From positions 1,972,107 through 2,036,106 of the forward strand of contig NW_003314276.1 of the NCBI RefSeq assembly GCF_000143415.4: a stretch of DNA of 64,000 nucleotides, given 5' to 3'. Both the position numbers and the translations under genes were made by a program. Shown here piece by piece: positions 10,850 to 22,420 of this stretch (position 1 is its first letter; every line of letters begins with the position of its first letter). The stretch comes from Selaginella moellendorffii. Lineage: Eukaryota; Plantae; Lycopodiophyta. The notes beneath the pieces are model-generated. The model was not told where the DNA came from and did not search any database. It saw nothing but the letters and a program-made list of their open reading frames with translations.

Positions 10850-13800
10850 AACGTGTAGCGGTATTGAATATATTTAAATATGCTTAGATTCCATTCCACC
10901 AATCTAATAGTTGTTTTTCATTTAGATTAATCTTTTTATTTGTAATTTATAAACTTTCCTAAACACTTTCTAGTATATTCTTGTTTATTCTACTATTGAT
11001 ATGGAATAATATTAATCTTGACTTATAAATTATAAATATGTTTATAACTATTGATCAACTCCTGCAAATTAATTAAGAGATAAGTATTGTCTCTCATATT
11101 TTTTATCCTTCACCATAGTGTGCCAGCTAAGATCCTTTCGTGTCTTTTCAGGCACCATCTTTGTTTGGGTTTCATGGACGGCTCCATCAACCTTGCATCA
11201 CACTCTTTCCTTGCAAAGTTTACCAACCTCCCGAGAAAAGCTTTTCTCTCATTGAGCAAGCATGCTGAGTAGTGGATTCCATTCAGATTTCTCTCCCAGA
11301 TCTGCAAGTGGAGCCTCTTCTCTGCTAAGTCGCCGTGTGCCCTGAGCACCACCGTGAAAGTCTGAGCATTTGCCTGCTGGCTTGCTCATAGCACTCAAGG
11401 GCGAAGGTTGTTCTCAGCATATCCCAGGAAACAATGTTTTGCTACCCCATGCAAAGTCTCGGCGTTTGGAGGCAAGCCAACTTCTCGTTGCATCTGATCG
11501 AAGATGTGCATGTCCCATGTTGATCGTGTTCCAGGCAACCAACGTCATGTTTATTTGTCCTCCTCAACACTTCTGATGCTTCCACATGTCCACGAGGCTG
11601 CTTGAGACGAATGCATCGGCTTTGTATTCACAATTTGCGAGGTAGACCAACCTATCCTGTTCTTCGTCCCATCCTGTTGAACAACCTGTGTTGCAAGCCG
11701 CAGTGTAGACTTCAACCATACTTTCACAATTGCACTTGCTTGATTCCTGACTTATGATGCTCTTGACTGAGAAACTTATCTGGCTGCTATGCCCTGCACT
11801 GCTTCTTCTCATTGAAGTTGAGATTTGAGCGCCTGCAAGAACAGAGAGCAAAAGTAGTACGTTACCTTTTCTCAAAACCTTTCGTCTCAAGCAACTTCTC
11901 TGGCCTTTGGAGGCTGCTCCCCCGTCACTCTAGAGGATAGCTCAGTCAATTGAAACTTGGTAGGCTCTTGCTCTATTTTCCAGTCCATTTTCCGAGCCAG
12001 CTGTGCAATAACTTCGAAGTCTGGTGACTTCCACCAGTCGACCCTTGTATGTGATCTTCACCGTCCGTGAGCAAGAGCCTGCTGTCTTCTTGCTCTGAAA
12101 CTTCATCTCCTTGAAGATTGTTTGTACACAATCTTCCATGTGACAACGCATGCACTGTGCTGACTTACGCGTCACTGCCAGCGTTGGCAGGACACTTTGA
12201 GGAGAATCCCAGAGTGCCATTGCTGTGCGAACCACGAGTGTGAGCTTCCAGCTGTTTCTTCTCAGTCAGAGAATCGTCCACCACAACTTCGATCTGCCAC
12301 CCGGGATCCTGAAAGATCGCATTACTGCGCTGCTTCCTCCGAGAGAACATCCATCGCACGAGCAAAAAGCATGCAAGCAGCACCAAGATCGCAACCAAAA
12401 CCAGGAGAAGAAGCTGGAGCAGCGACCACGGCGTCCTCCGAACCACTGTAACTACTGCTGCGGGTGTTCGTGTGGCCACTGCTGCGTCGTGACCCTCGTG
12501 ACGATGGTGGTGGTGGTGGTGGTGGTGGTTGTGGCGTCCTCCATGGTGGTGACCATGGTGGTGACCATGGTGATGGTGGTGAACAACCAGAGGAGCTCCA
12601 TCACCGTGATGATGATGGTACACTGCTGCTGCTGGAGCTGGATGGTGGTGGCGAGCATGATCAAGGATAGCAGGCGCTGGAGCTAGATGAGCAGGGTGGC
12701 CGCGAGCAGGGTGAACGAAAGCAGCTGGCGCTGGGGCTCGAACTGGAGCGTCACCTTGAAGAACTGGAGCTAAAGCTGGCGCTGGCTCGTGGCCTCCTCG
12801 AGGATGGTGTCCATGGTGGTCTGCTCGATGTGCTGGAGCTAGAGCTGGAGGTCGCGGGTGTGAAGGTCGGTGATGGCCGCCATGCCAGGGCGCTGGAGCT
12901 CGGCGGGCAAGCGTTGGGGCGGCGTGAGCGCGAGAGACCATAGCTTACCTGACGAGAGCTTCGACAATAGAAAAATCCAAGCGAGAAAGATTATAACCTA
13001 ACCCTTGACTACTTTTGGTTTTAACGAGTAGCTGGTGACGCTGTGGATTGTCAGACTTGAACGCGGGAAAAAGAAACACAAGATAAATATCTATCCATTG
13101 CTGTTTTGATATTCTCACGGTGCAACATTGATATTGATCCACAGCTCCTCCAGAGTAAAATCGGTCAAAACGCCTGGAACGATCCAACAATCGAACATAT
13201 TTGGAGATGCTTGTGTCGATCCCAAAAATCCAATTCTAGTACTCATCCTGGCATTTCAAGAGCTTTTTAAGAGATGAGGTTTGGAAGGTTTCTACTCCTT
13301 GCAAAGCTGTTCCAGATCATACCAATTTGATTTATATTGTGTTGGTTTTACCAATTGCTTTACTCATCCTCTTGAATAACAGTGCAAAGCAAAACACTAG
13401 CCTTGTTCCTCCTCCTCTAGTGAATATTATTACTATAGTATGTATTATTATTATATTTTTTAGTAACACTAATATTATTTGGTATTTTGGTTTGCTAGTA
13501 AACATATTTAGCTACATAATTGTAGAGCTAAAAGTCTTTTAAAATGAGCAACTTTTCTTTCTTACAAAATTCAAAATTGGAAACATCATCTTCACATTCT
13601 TTCAAAGTTTAAGCGCATTTGCTTTTCGTATCTCATAGCCCCTGAACAAACAAATAGAGATATTGGGCACTCTTGATCAATTCAAAGAAACTAATCATTA
13701 AAAGCTTACTAGGTGATGTACAATCTGCTAATAGAGAGAGCCAGGTCAACAAAAGGAGTCATTAAGAATAAAGCTTTAAAATATACTAGTAGACTAAAGA

Positions 13801-14262
13801 ATATTTTCTTAATGTTTTAGTGGCAATATTTTTATTAAAGAGGCATTTTTAAAAAATAGTAATTTAAAAAATATTTAAATATGAGTGGCAATATTTCCTA
13901 ATTAATAGAGGTTTTGCCTTGTCACCTAATTTACAGAATTTAAGGTCCAAGTGTATAGCTACGATGCCATATAATAATATTAGCATAATCGGATTTTAGT
14001 AGCTGTCAGATTGGTTTCAATTTAGACCACTCGCTCCTGTATATAAATTATGGTTTTTGGGATAATTTTCTATATTCCTTTTCCATATTCTATGCACTCA
14101 TATTGGTAGAGTTAAAGAGCACCTATAATTGTCCTTGAAAAGTGCTTGGATTTGGGATTATGGTTTAAATTTAGCTTTTGTATTGTCTAGATTTAATTTT
14201 TTCCATTTCCTTTCTTTTGTTTTTTCCTTTCTCAGGATTTTGGTTTAAATTTAGCTTTTGCA
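10850..14262 (-). repeat. Segmental duplication block X, copy 2, with AT-rich flank
   Basis: Direct repeat of ~24590-28545 and inverted repeat of 4800-7560. Confidence 0.85.
12165..12941 (-). CDS. His/Pro/Ala-rich (AGP-like) protein with one predicted transmembrane helix
   Basis: 258-aa ORF with repeated APAP/LAPA motifs, poly-His tracts and hydrophobic WSLLQLLLLVLVAILVLLACFLLV followed by RRKQR. No signal peptide seen. Confidence 0.45.
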   Translation of the reverse strand: MVSRAHAAPTLARRAPAPWHGGHHRPSHPRPPALAPAHRADHHGHHPRGGHEPAPALAPVLQGDAPVRAPAPAAFVHPARGHPAHLAPAPAILDHARHHHPAPAAAVYHHHHGDGAPLVVHHHHHGHHHGHHHGGRHNHHHHHHHHRHEGHDAAVATRTPAAVVTVVRRTPWSLLQLLLLVLVAILVLLACFLLVRWMFSRRKQRSNAIFQDPGWQIEVVVDDSLTEKKQLEAHTRGSHSNGTLGFSSKCPANAGSDA

Positions 14263-14269
14263 TCGTCTT

Positions 14270-15935
14270 TGTTAAGGGCCATTTAAGTTAGTAATGGAAT
14301 TTAGCATTTGTTTCCGAAGCCTTTTGCTTCGTGCGGGGTCAAATATATTAAAGCGGATCAAGCTAAGAATGTTGTGGCCAATACTTCATCAAGATCTTGT
14401 CGGACTTGTGCATGCACTTGTTCTAGCCACCCTTGACAATGCTCTTCACTTTACACAACGTTATAAGATGTCACCTCTTTCATTTCTCACTACACATTCT
14501 TTAACTCTACTTCATGTGGATAATAGTCCTGTTCCAATGGAAGTTGATACTACTGTTGCTTGAGTCCAAGGATAAGGGCAAGGACGTGGTCATGGCCATG
14601 ATATTTGTTGTTGAGCGTGTGATGAAGTTGGTCACATTTATCAGTGTTGTCAATGTTTTCCAGCACTTCGTTAAGATTTTGTCGGACTTATCCATGCACT
14701 TGCTTTAGCCACCCTTGACGATGCTCTTCGCTTTGCATAACATTATAAAATGTCACCTCTTTCACTTCTCACTACATGTCCTTCAACTCCACTTCATGTG
14801 GATAATGGTCCTGTTCCAATGGAGGTTGATGTTGCTGCTGCTTGAGTCCAAGGACAAGGGCAAGGATGTGGTCATGGCCATGATATTCATTGTTGAGCAT
14901 GTGATGAAGTTGGTCACACTTATCAGTGTTGTCAATGTTTTCCAGATTGGCGGCCACTATTTTTTGGATGGAGACCTTGGCATCAACAATGTTCTGTTGG
15001 TGTTGCTGCAGTGGAAGGTCTGGATATTAAGATGCATTCAGGAAATGAGGAGTCACGCAAATAACGAAGGGACCTTGTGTAAATAAGTTAGTGACCCCTC
15101 TATATTTCTTTCAGGAGTATCATTAAAGGGTTCATTTGGCACTAGTTCATCTAGTGTTTACTTTCCAAGCTTATTTTTATAACAAGTGGTCTCCTATTAT
15201 TCTCTCTGTCTTCTATTGCTCGACTTGTTGCCACATGTTGCCGTCTACACTTGTGCTGTGCGATGGAGCCAGTTTTCATTCTTTATGACAACGGCCGTAT
15301 ACATGCATGTGCACAGGATGAGGTGGACTTAATTGTGTATGTAGGTGATCTCGAGCTTGGGTTGCAGTCATTGTGGGTGGTGTCGAGTCAAGCTTTTGAC
15401 CTTATCTTTGGTATGGATTGGTTGCAACGCAATCATGCCAAATATGACTTTAAAGCTTCTCCCCTTTGTCTTATACTTCTTTATATTTCATCCATTCTTG
15501 TCATTTCCATACCTTTTTGTCCCTCTACTTCTACCTCTACTTCCATTACTTTTGTTCTCCCATTACTTTCTCCTATGTTTCCATATTATTCTGCTCTTCC
15601 CTTTTCCAATTCCTCCAATAGTTTTTGTGTTGTAGCAGTTGACTAGCTATCACAAATGCGACTTCGGGTATAAAAAGCTACTTGTCAACTGTCCTTTGAG
15701 ACATTCTCAATATCGTTTTGAAGACACCTTATATTGCCTTATATTCTCAATATTGCCTTGAAGACGGCCTTTTTTATTTTATGGGGACGGATCTTGATGA
15801 TCATTTATGGCTAGTGGTGCCTTCTGTTTTTATTCCATGGTTTCTCCATGCCTACCATGATTTTCCTGTTCTAGGTGGGCATATAGAACATCGTCGTATG
15901 ACTGAAAAGCTGCGCAAGTATTTCTATTGGCTGGA
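14270..15935 (+). mobile_element. Decayed Ty3/gypsy fragments (protease- and integrase-HHCC-like remnants) with a ~285-bp tandem duplication
   Basis: FDLIFGMDWL (15395-15425) and LHAYHD..LGGH....MTEKLRKYFYW (15840-15930); 14391-14675 is repeated at 14675-14945. Confidence 0.6.
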
Positions 15936-16024
15936 TAATTTAATAATTAGTATTTATACTAATTGTTTAAGTATATATTTATATTAAGTTAATACAATAC
16001 CAATATCTATTTTCTTCACCTTAT

Positions 16025-17175
16025 TGTAAGGAACCAACTCGCCGAGGTGTCGTAGGCTAAGGGAACCCCGAAAGCATGACCAAAATGACAAAGAGTTCAT
16101 CGGATGGGACCAAGTCAAAGATCGAGTCCAAGACCGACTCTAGGACCGAGTTCGAGATAGAGTCCGGAATCGAGTCCAAGACCGACTCGGGGACCGAGTT
16201 CGAGTCCGAGTTCGAGACCGAGTTCGAGACGGAGTCCGAGATCCGAAATCGGGTCCGAGACCGAGTCCGAAGTCGAGTCCGAGGTCGGGCCCGAGATCGG
16301 GTCCGAGATCGAGTCCGCGATCGAGTCTGAGACCGAATCCGAAGTCGGATCCGAAATCGGATCCGAGATCGAGCCAGAGACTAAGTCCAAATACTAATAC
16401 GGGTCAAGGGGTGAAAGCCCAAAGCGTGCGTCCCCCAGGGGGGGGGGGGGGCTGCAGGGGGTTCCAAAAGTATAGTAGGGATAGTGAGGTCCAGGAACCA
16501 GTTTTGAAGGGACTCTCCAGTTGGGCTTCCAAACCGACTTGAGGTTGGGACTGGGACTAAGGGGCCTTGGGTGGGAGTGAGCATGGACTTGGCTGGTGCC
16601 GGAGGGGCCATCCAAGGAAGTGCTCAAGAGCAGCTCCCACTCCCGAAAGGGAAACCGATTGCGGTGCTCCCGGCTCATGTGGAGTGGTGCCCCACTTGAG
16701 TACCATGCGGCTCATTGGTCCTCGCCCTGCCTAGGGGCTTGGGCCTTCCTTCGGGATGGAAGTGGGGGGCGAGAGGTACCCATACCGGGCCGTTAGGCCA
16801 CGGTGTTTCGCCCCGGCGTCCCGAAGCAAGTGTTGCACTCAAGACTTGGGATTTAGAGGGTCCCATGATCAAGTCTTGTGGTACCAAGAGATGTTAGGAA
16901 CCTGGAAGCTTGGTGTGCTTGGCTGCTTGTGCTTGCGGGGAGTGTAGCCGAACCTTAAGTCCAATCTAACCCGGGGAGGGGGATTGAGAGTGATTTGGGA
17001 ATCCGTGGAAGGATGGCTAACACTCCGTTGCTCGTGCAGTGAGTAGCTGAAACCAAGTAGGAGCTGGTACCATAGGCGAGAACCTTGGCGAGGGAACTTA
17101 GCAAAAGCCAAGGCAGTGTTGGATGGATAGACGAGGTAAGCTGGCAAATTGGAAAGGAAAAATTTGTGGCTTACA
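16025..17175 (+). repeat. 5' LTR of element A (contains GAGTCC/GAGACC hexamer array ~16115-16385)
   Basis: Starts TGTAAG, ends CTTACA, followed by a tRNA-Met PBS. Confidence 0.95.
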
Positions 17176-17234
17176 ATTTGGTATCGGAGCCTTTATCTCA
17201 GTTCTAGCGAAGGATAGAGGCGGATTGCTGGGAG

Positions 17235-20200
17235 ATGGCAAGGGCAGGGCGTAAGCGAACCCAGGGGGAGACGGAACCTCCGCCGGAGCTGGAGCCTCCG
17301 GTTGAACAAGAGGCTATGGATGAGGAATCCTTGCATGAGGAGGACTCCAGTGAGGAAACTTCCAAACAGGAGTCCGGTGGCGAGGTTCGGTCGTCCAAGG
17401 CTCGATTGGACGTGCTAGAAGGACAGTTGGCACAGACCAATGCCTTGCTGGAGACTCTTGTACGCAAGTTAAAGCGTGACGAGAAGCGGAAGAAAAAGCG
17501 AAAGACTGCGGATGCTGGCAGCGCAGAAGGTGCGGACCCTTCGGCAGGGACTGAGGCAAAACCAGACAAGGTCGAACAGACCGAAGTGGAATCAGTCCCT
17601 CAGGCAGTTCCCAAGTACAAACCAAAACCCCCACCGGTGTTCAAGGGAGTGAACGACTATAAGGTTGTGGAGGATTGGTTTTACGATATGGAGGACTACT
17701 TCCGAGCGTTGCGGTTACCGAGCTCGGAGAAGGTCCCATGTGCAAAACCATACTTGGCAGATAATGCCAAGTCTTGGTGGAGAACAACGGAGGCCAACGA
17801 AGGACCGGTGGCCACCTGGGACATGATGAAGGCGAGGATCCGCGCGACATACGTTCCTCCGAATGCCACTCTGCATCTGAGAGATGAGTTGAGTAGGCTG
17901 AAGCAGACTGGAACCATCCAGGAATATGTGAATGGGTTCATGGCAAAGAGGATACTTGTCACGGACATGGGGGATATGGATGCGTTCCATGCCTTTATAT
18001 CAGGTTTGCAAACCTGGGCTCGCGGTGAGGTGATGCGCTGGAACCCGACCAACTACAAGGAAGCATTGGATGCGGCCATCAAGGTGCATTTCAACGATAA
18101 CCTGCGAAAGGGGAACACGACGGGGTCGGGATCCACGTTTCACAAAGGGGCCAAACCGAGGGGAACATATAGCAAGGGGAAATTCAAGAAGAGTTTCTCT
18201 AAGAATGAGTCCTCGGGGTTCCGGAAAGGCAAAGCCGGTGGCCAGCGAGCGAGTACGTGGGGAAGTCAAGCGAAAAAAGACAAACCCACGGATAAGAAGG
18301 TCAAGTCGTATAGCAGCGTGGGCAACAACGTATGCTACAACTGCGGCGAAGCGGGACACTTCTCGAGGGAATGTCCCTACCCGAAGAAGGCCAGAGCCAA
18401 TATGGCCATCAAGTCGGGTGAAGTCCAAACTGAGGTATGTGATCCAGTCCCTAACTCAAAGTTACTCATTACACGAGCAACTTTGGTAGAGAGTCGTTCG
18501 CGACATCTACTAGCCCTCCGAGGGAAGCTCGGAGGTAGCTTTGTTAAGATCCTTATTGACACGGGTGCTTCGGATAATTTTGTGGCTGCAGACATAGTCC
18601 GGCAAGCCGGACTAACGGTGCAACGGCTAGGCGAACCAAGGACTATAGAGTTTGTTCAGGGTAGCCAAAGCACCAATGAGATACTTCGACAAGCGAGAGT
18701 CGAAGTGGGGACATGGAAAGTGGACATGGATTTCACCGTCTTGGACATGGCGGGATTTGACGTGATCTTCGGAATGGATTGGTTTAATCGGTTCGTGGTA
18801 GCCCTGCATGGACAAGGTAGGAATCTTGTGGTATTGGTGAATGCCCAAGGAAGAAGATCTAGGGTGGAGGCCCAGGATCTAAAGGTAGGGCAAAGCAAGG
18901 CCAAAGAGTCATGCTTAAACCTGGTGTCCACGAGAGGACAACTCACTAAAGGAACTAAGGTAGCCTTTTTGTGCTTACTCTCGGTGAAGAGTGACAAAAA
19001 GACAAGAACGGAAGAAGTACCTTTAGTGATCCAGCAGGTGCTGGACCAATTCCAGGATACCATGCCAGAGGAGCTACCGGCGGGGTTGCCCCCCGCACGA
19101 CCGATAGAACATAAGATTGAGCTGGTCAAGGGTGCTGAGGCGGTGGTTCGTCCACCCTATCGATTGAACGAAAAAGAACTCAAGGAGCTCAAAAGCCAAC
19201 TAGAGGAGTTGGTGGACAAAGGGTATGTTAAGTTGAGCAAGTCGCCGTATGGGGCGCCGGTGCTATTTGTGAAAAAGAAAGATGGATCTATGCGCATGTG
19301 CATAGACTACCGGTTGCTCAACAAGTATACCAAGAAGAACAAGTACCCTTTGCCAAGGATCGAGGACCTGTTCGATAGGTTGGGAAAGGCAAAATACTTC
19401 TCGAGGATTGACCTAAGGTCAGGATACTACCAGATCAGGGTAGCTGAGGAAGATGTCGAGAAGACAACCTGTCGAACGAGGTATGGGAGCTTTGAGTTTT
19501 TGGTGATGCCCTTTGGGCTGTGCAATGCACCGGCAACGTTTTCGGCGTTGATGAACCACATCTTTGTACCCTATCTGGATCGCTTCGTGGTCGTCTATAT
19601 TGACAACATCCTGATCTATAGCGAGACGCTAGAGGAGCATGCCGAACACTTGGCGAAGGTGTTTGAGAAAGTAAGGGAACACAAACTGTATGCTAAAGAG
19701 AGCAAATGTGACTTTGCTCAACAAGAGGTAAAGTTTCTTGGGCATGTGGTGGGCCAGGACGGGCTCAAGGTGGACCCGGAGAAGGTCCAAGCGATCCAGG
19801 AATGGGAACGACCATCGAATGTACATGAGTTGAGGGCGTTCCTGGGGCTATGCAACTACTATCGAAAGTTTATCAGACACTATTCGAGAGTAGCCCTGCC
19901 CTTAACGGACCAAACAGGAAAAGGGAAGATGGTATGGACAGCAGAATGCGAGGCGGCATTCGTCCACCTCAAAGGGAAGTTGAGGAAGGCTCCGGTGTTG
20001 GCATTACCAGACTTTGGTAAGGACTTTGAGGTAGACACGGATGCTTCAGACTTTGCGTTGGGCGCAGTTTTGAAGCAAGACAACCATCCAGTAGCGTTCT
20101 TCTCGAAGAAGCTGGACAAGGCTCAACAGAAGTGGCCTGCCCACGAGAAGGAATTGTTTGCGGTGGTCAAGGCGCTCAAGGAGTGGCGACACTACCTTGG

Positions 20201-22016
20201 GAGACACTTCAAGGTTTACACGGACAATGTGGCAACGAAACACTTCTTGTCACAGCCCGACCTAAGGGGAAAACAAGGTCGGTGGGCCAATGCTTTGGCC
20301 GAGTTTGATTGGGAGATCCTGTACAAGCCTGGGAAGAGCAACATCGTGGCAGATGCGCTAAGTCGAAAAGCGAGCTTGAAGTTGGCGATATCTAGCGCGA
20401 CAGCAACCTTTTGGGACGATGTGCGGACCGCATACGAGAGTGATGGTCTAGCACAAGAAGTGTTGCTGAGGAATCTGGAGGCGCGGGAAGCTCACCAGAG
20501 AGGTGAGCTGCCAACGGAAGAGAAAACGGGCTATGCGGAACGCAACGGACTCATATATTACAAGCAAACGAGGGTGTATGTTCCAGAAGGGGAACTAAGG
20601 AAGGTAGCCTTGGAAGAGTGTCATGACGGACCTCTTGCGGGACACGACGGAGTGCCCAAGACAATGGGCTTACTCAAAAGGAAGTATCACTGGCCAGATA
20701 TGGCTAAGGACGTCCAAGACTATGTAAAGACATGTCCAACATGTCAGTAGGTCAAAGCCGTGACGAAGGCTAGTGGGGGCTTGTTGCAAAGCATCCCTAT
20801 TCCAGATCGTCCGTGGAAATGTCTCACGATGGACTTCATCACAGGACTACCCCCAAGCGAGGGGTTCGATGCGATATTCGTGGTGGTGGACCGATTTTCA
20901 AAGATGGCACATTTCATACCCACCACAACGGATGTAGATGCGGAAGGTGTGGCGAAGCTGTTCTTCGAACAAGTGGTTCGAGTGCGGGGAAGGCCGGAAG
21001 AGATTATCTCAGATCGAGATAAGATCTTCACCAGTAGGTTCTGGAGGACACTCCTAGAACAGTATCGCACCAAGTTGAAATTCAGCACGGCCTATCACCC
21101 ACAGACAGGTAATGGGTGTTGAGTCAAGATTGATGGCACTAACACTTCTTGACAGACGGACAAACGGAAAGGGTGAATAGGCAGCTGGAGGATTATTTGC
21201 GATGCTATGTCTCGGGAGACCAGACCGACTGGGTAAGTCATTTGGGACTTGCGGAAATGTGTTATAACAACTCACCACATTCGAGCATCGGGGTGAGTCC
21301 ATGGGAAGTCATCAATGGGCGAGCTATTGAAGGTCCTGTGGAACTCGGCGTGGCCGAGTATCATGGAGAGTTACCCGCAGTGGAGGCATTCACGGCGGAA
21401 AGACTCAACATTTGGAATCTAGTGAGGGATTCCCTGGAACGGGCTCAACAAAGGCAAACTAAGTACGCGAACCAAAAGCGTCAAGATGTGGAGTTCCAAG
21501 CTGGGGAGAAGGTGTGGCTGAACACCAAGAACCTCAGGCTACCAAGTGGGATCAGCCGGAAGTTGACCCAAAGGTAAAAAAAAAAAAAATGCATGTATTC
21601 CTGTAAATGAATTGATCTTGAGTTCCTTAAGCAGGTTCGCGGGGCCTTACGAGATTGAGGCTCGAATCGGTAAAGTGGCTTACCGTCTCCGACTTCCTCG
21701 AGAGATGGGGAAGATGCATCCCGTGTTCCACGTGAACTTACTCAAGCCGTATTTTGAGGATCCGCTTCGCAAGGACCAAGTAAGACCTTTACCTGAGGTT
21801 ATCCAAGGGGAGGAGGAATACGAAGTCGAGGCCATCCTCAATGCGCGCAAGAGCAAGCGACAAGGACGTGAGGTGAGAGAGTTCCATGTGAAGTGGAAAG
21901 GATTTCCACACTGCGAAGCAACATGGGAACCGGAGGAGAACCTAGCGAACGCGCGAGATCTAGTGGAGGAATTTCTGCATGGCAGAACTCTATGTACTTA
22001 TGCAAAGTTCAATTAA
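17235..22016 (+). CDS. Gag-PR-RT-RNaseH-IN-chromodomain polyprotein; introns 21109-21155 and 21574-21634; defective (YIDN, TAG at 20748)
   Basis: [14 protein letters not shown] knuckle, LIDTGAS protease, [17 protein letters not shown] RNase [21 protein letters not shown]^DGQTER core, GPY module and [22 protein letters not shown] chromodomain. Confidence 0.92.
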
Positions 22017-22420
22017 AAGTATCAATTTGAGAAGTTGAGCAATGGCATATGTTGGGACCCGAAGGCGCGCCGAAGGTAAGCTAATTAGCATGGGTTAGCT
22101 AGGTCGACCAGGCGTAGGGAGCTACGCCCGACTCCCTGCAGGGATGTCGAAACCGTAGACGTATTCTACGGAGGTTGGGTTCGAGTCCCAACCCCCTAGT
22201 AAAGCAAGGCTGGGTTCAAGTCCCGACCCCATACTAGGGCGTGGTGAGGGGAGGAGTATAGGGACACCTATATTCCGTTGTCATGAGCTCTTGGCCGGGG
22301 AGGCTAACTTAGGCACACCGCTAAGTGGGGGGATGCCCCCGGAGACATGGTCAACAAGTCGTAGGATAAAAAAAGAGACGTTCGATGTGGGCATCGAACT
22401 TCTTCTATGGGTGGTGGAGT

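Noticed and set aside
18884-18960. Further intron in the PR-RT linker (AAG|GTAGGG...AAG|GTAG)
   Set aside because: The peptide resembles an ordinary gypsy linker and there is no pyrimidine-rich acceptor.
20748-20750. Programmed stop-codon read-through in pol
   Set aside because: The TAG lies just after the integrase HHCC motif, not at a gag/pol boundary, and is most simply CAG>TAG decay.
22160-22245. tRNA gene or tRNA-derived SINE
   Set aside because: Only T-arm-like hairpins are present; no A-box/D-arm, anticodon arm, acceptor stem or poly-A/TSD seen.
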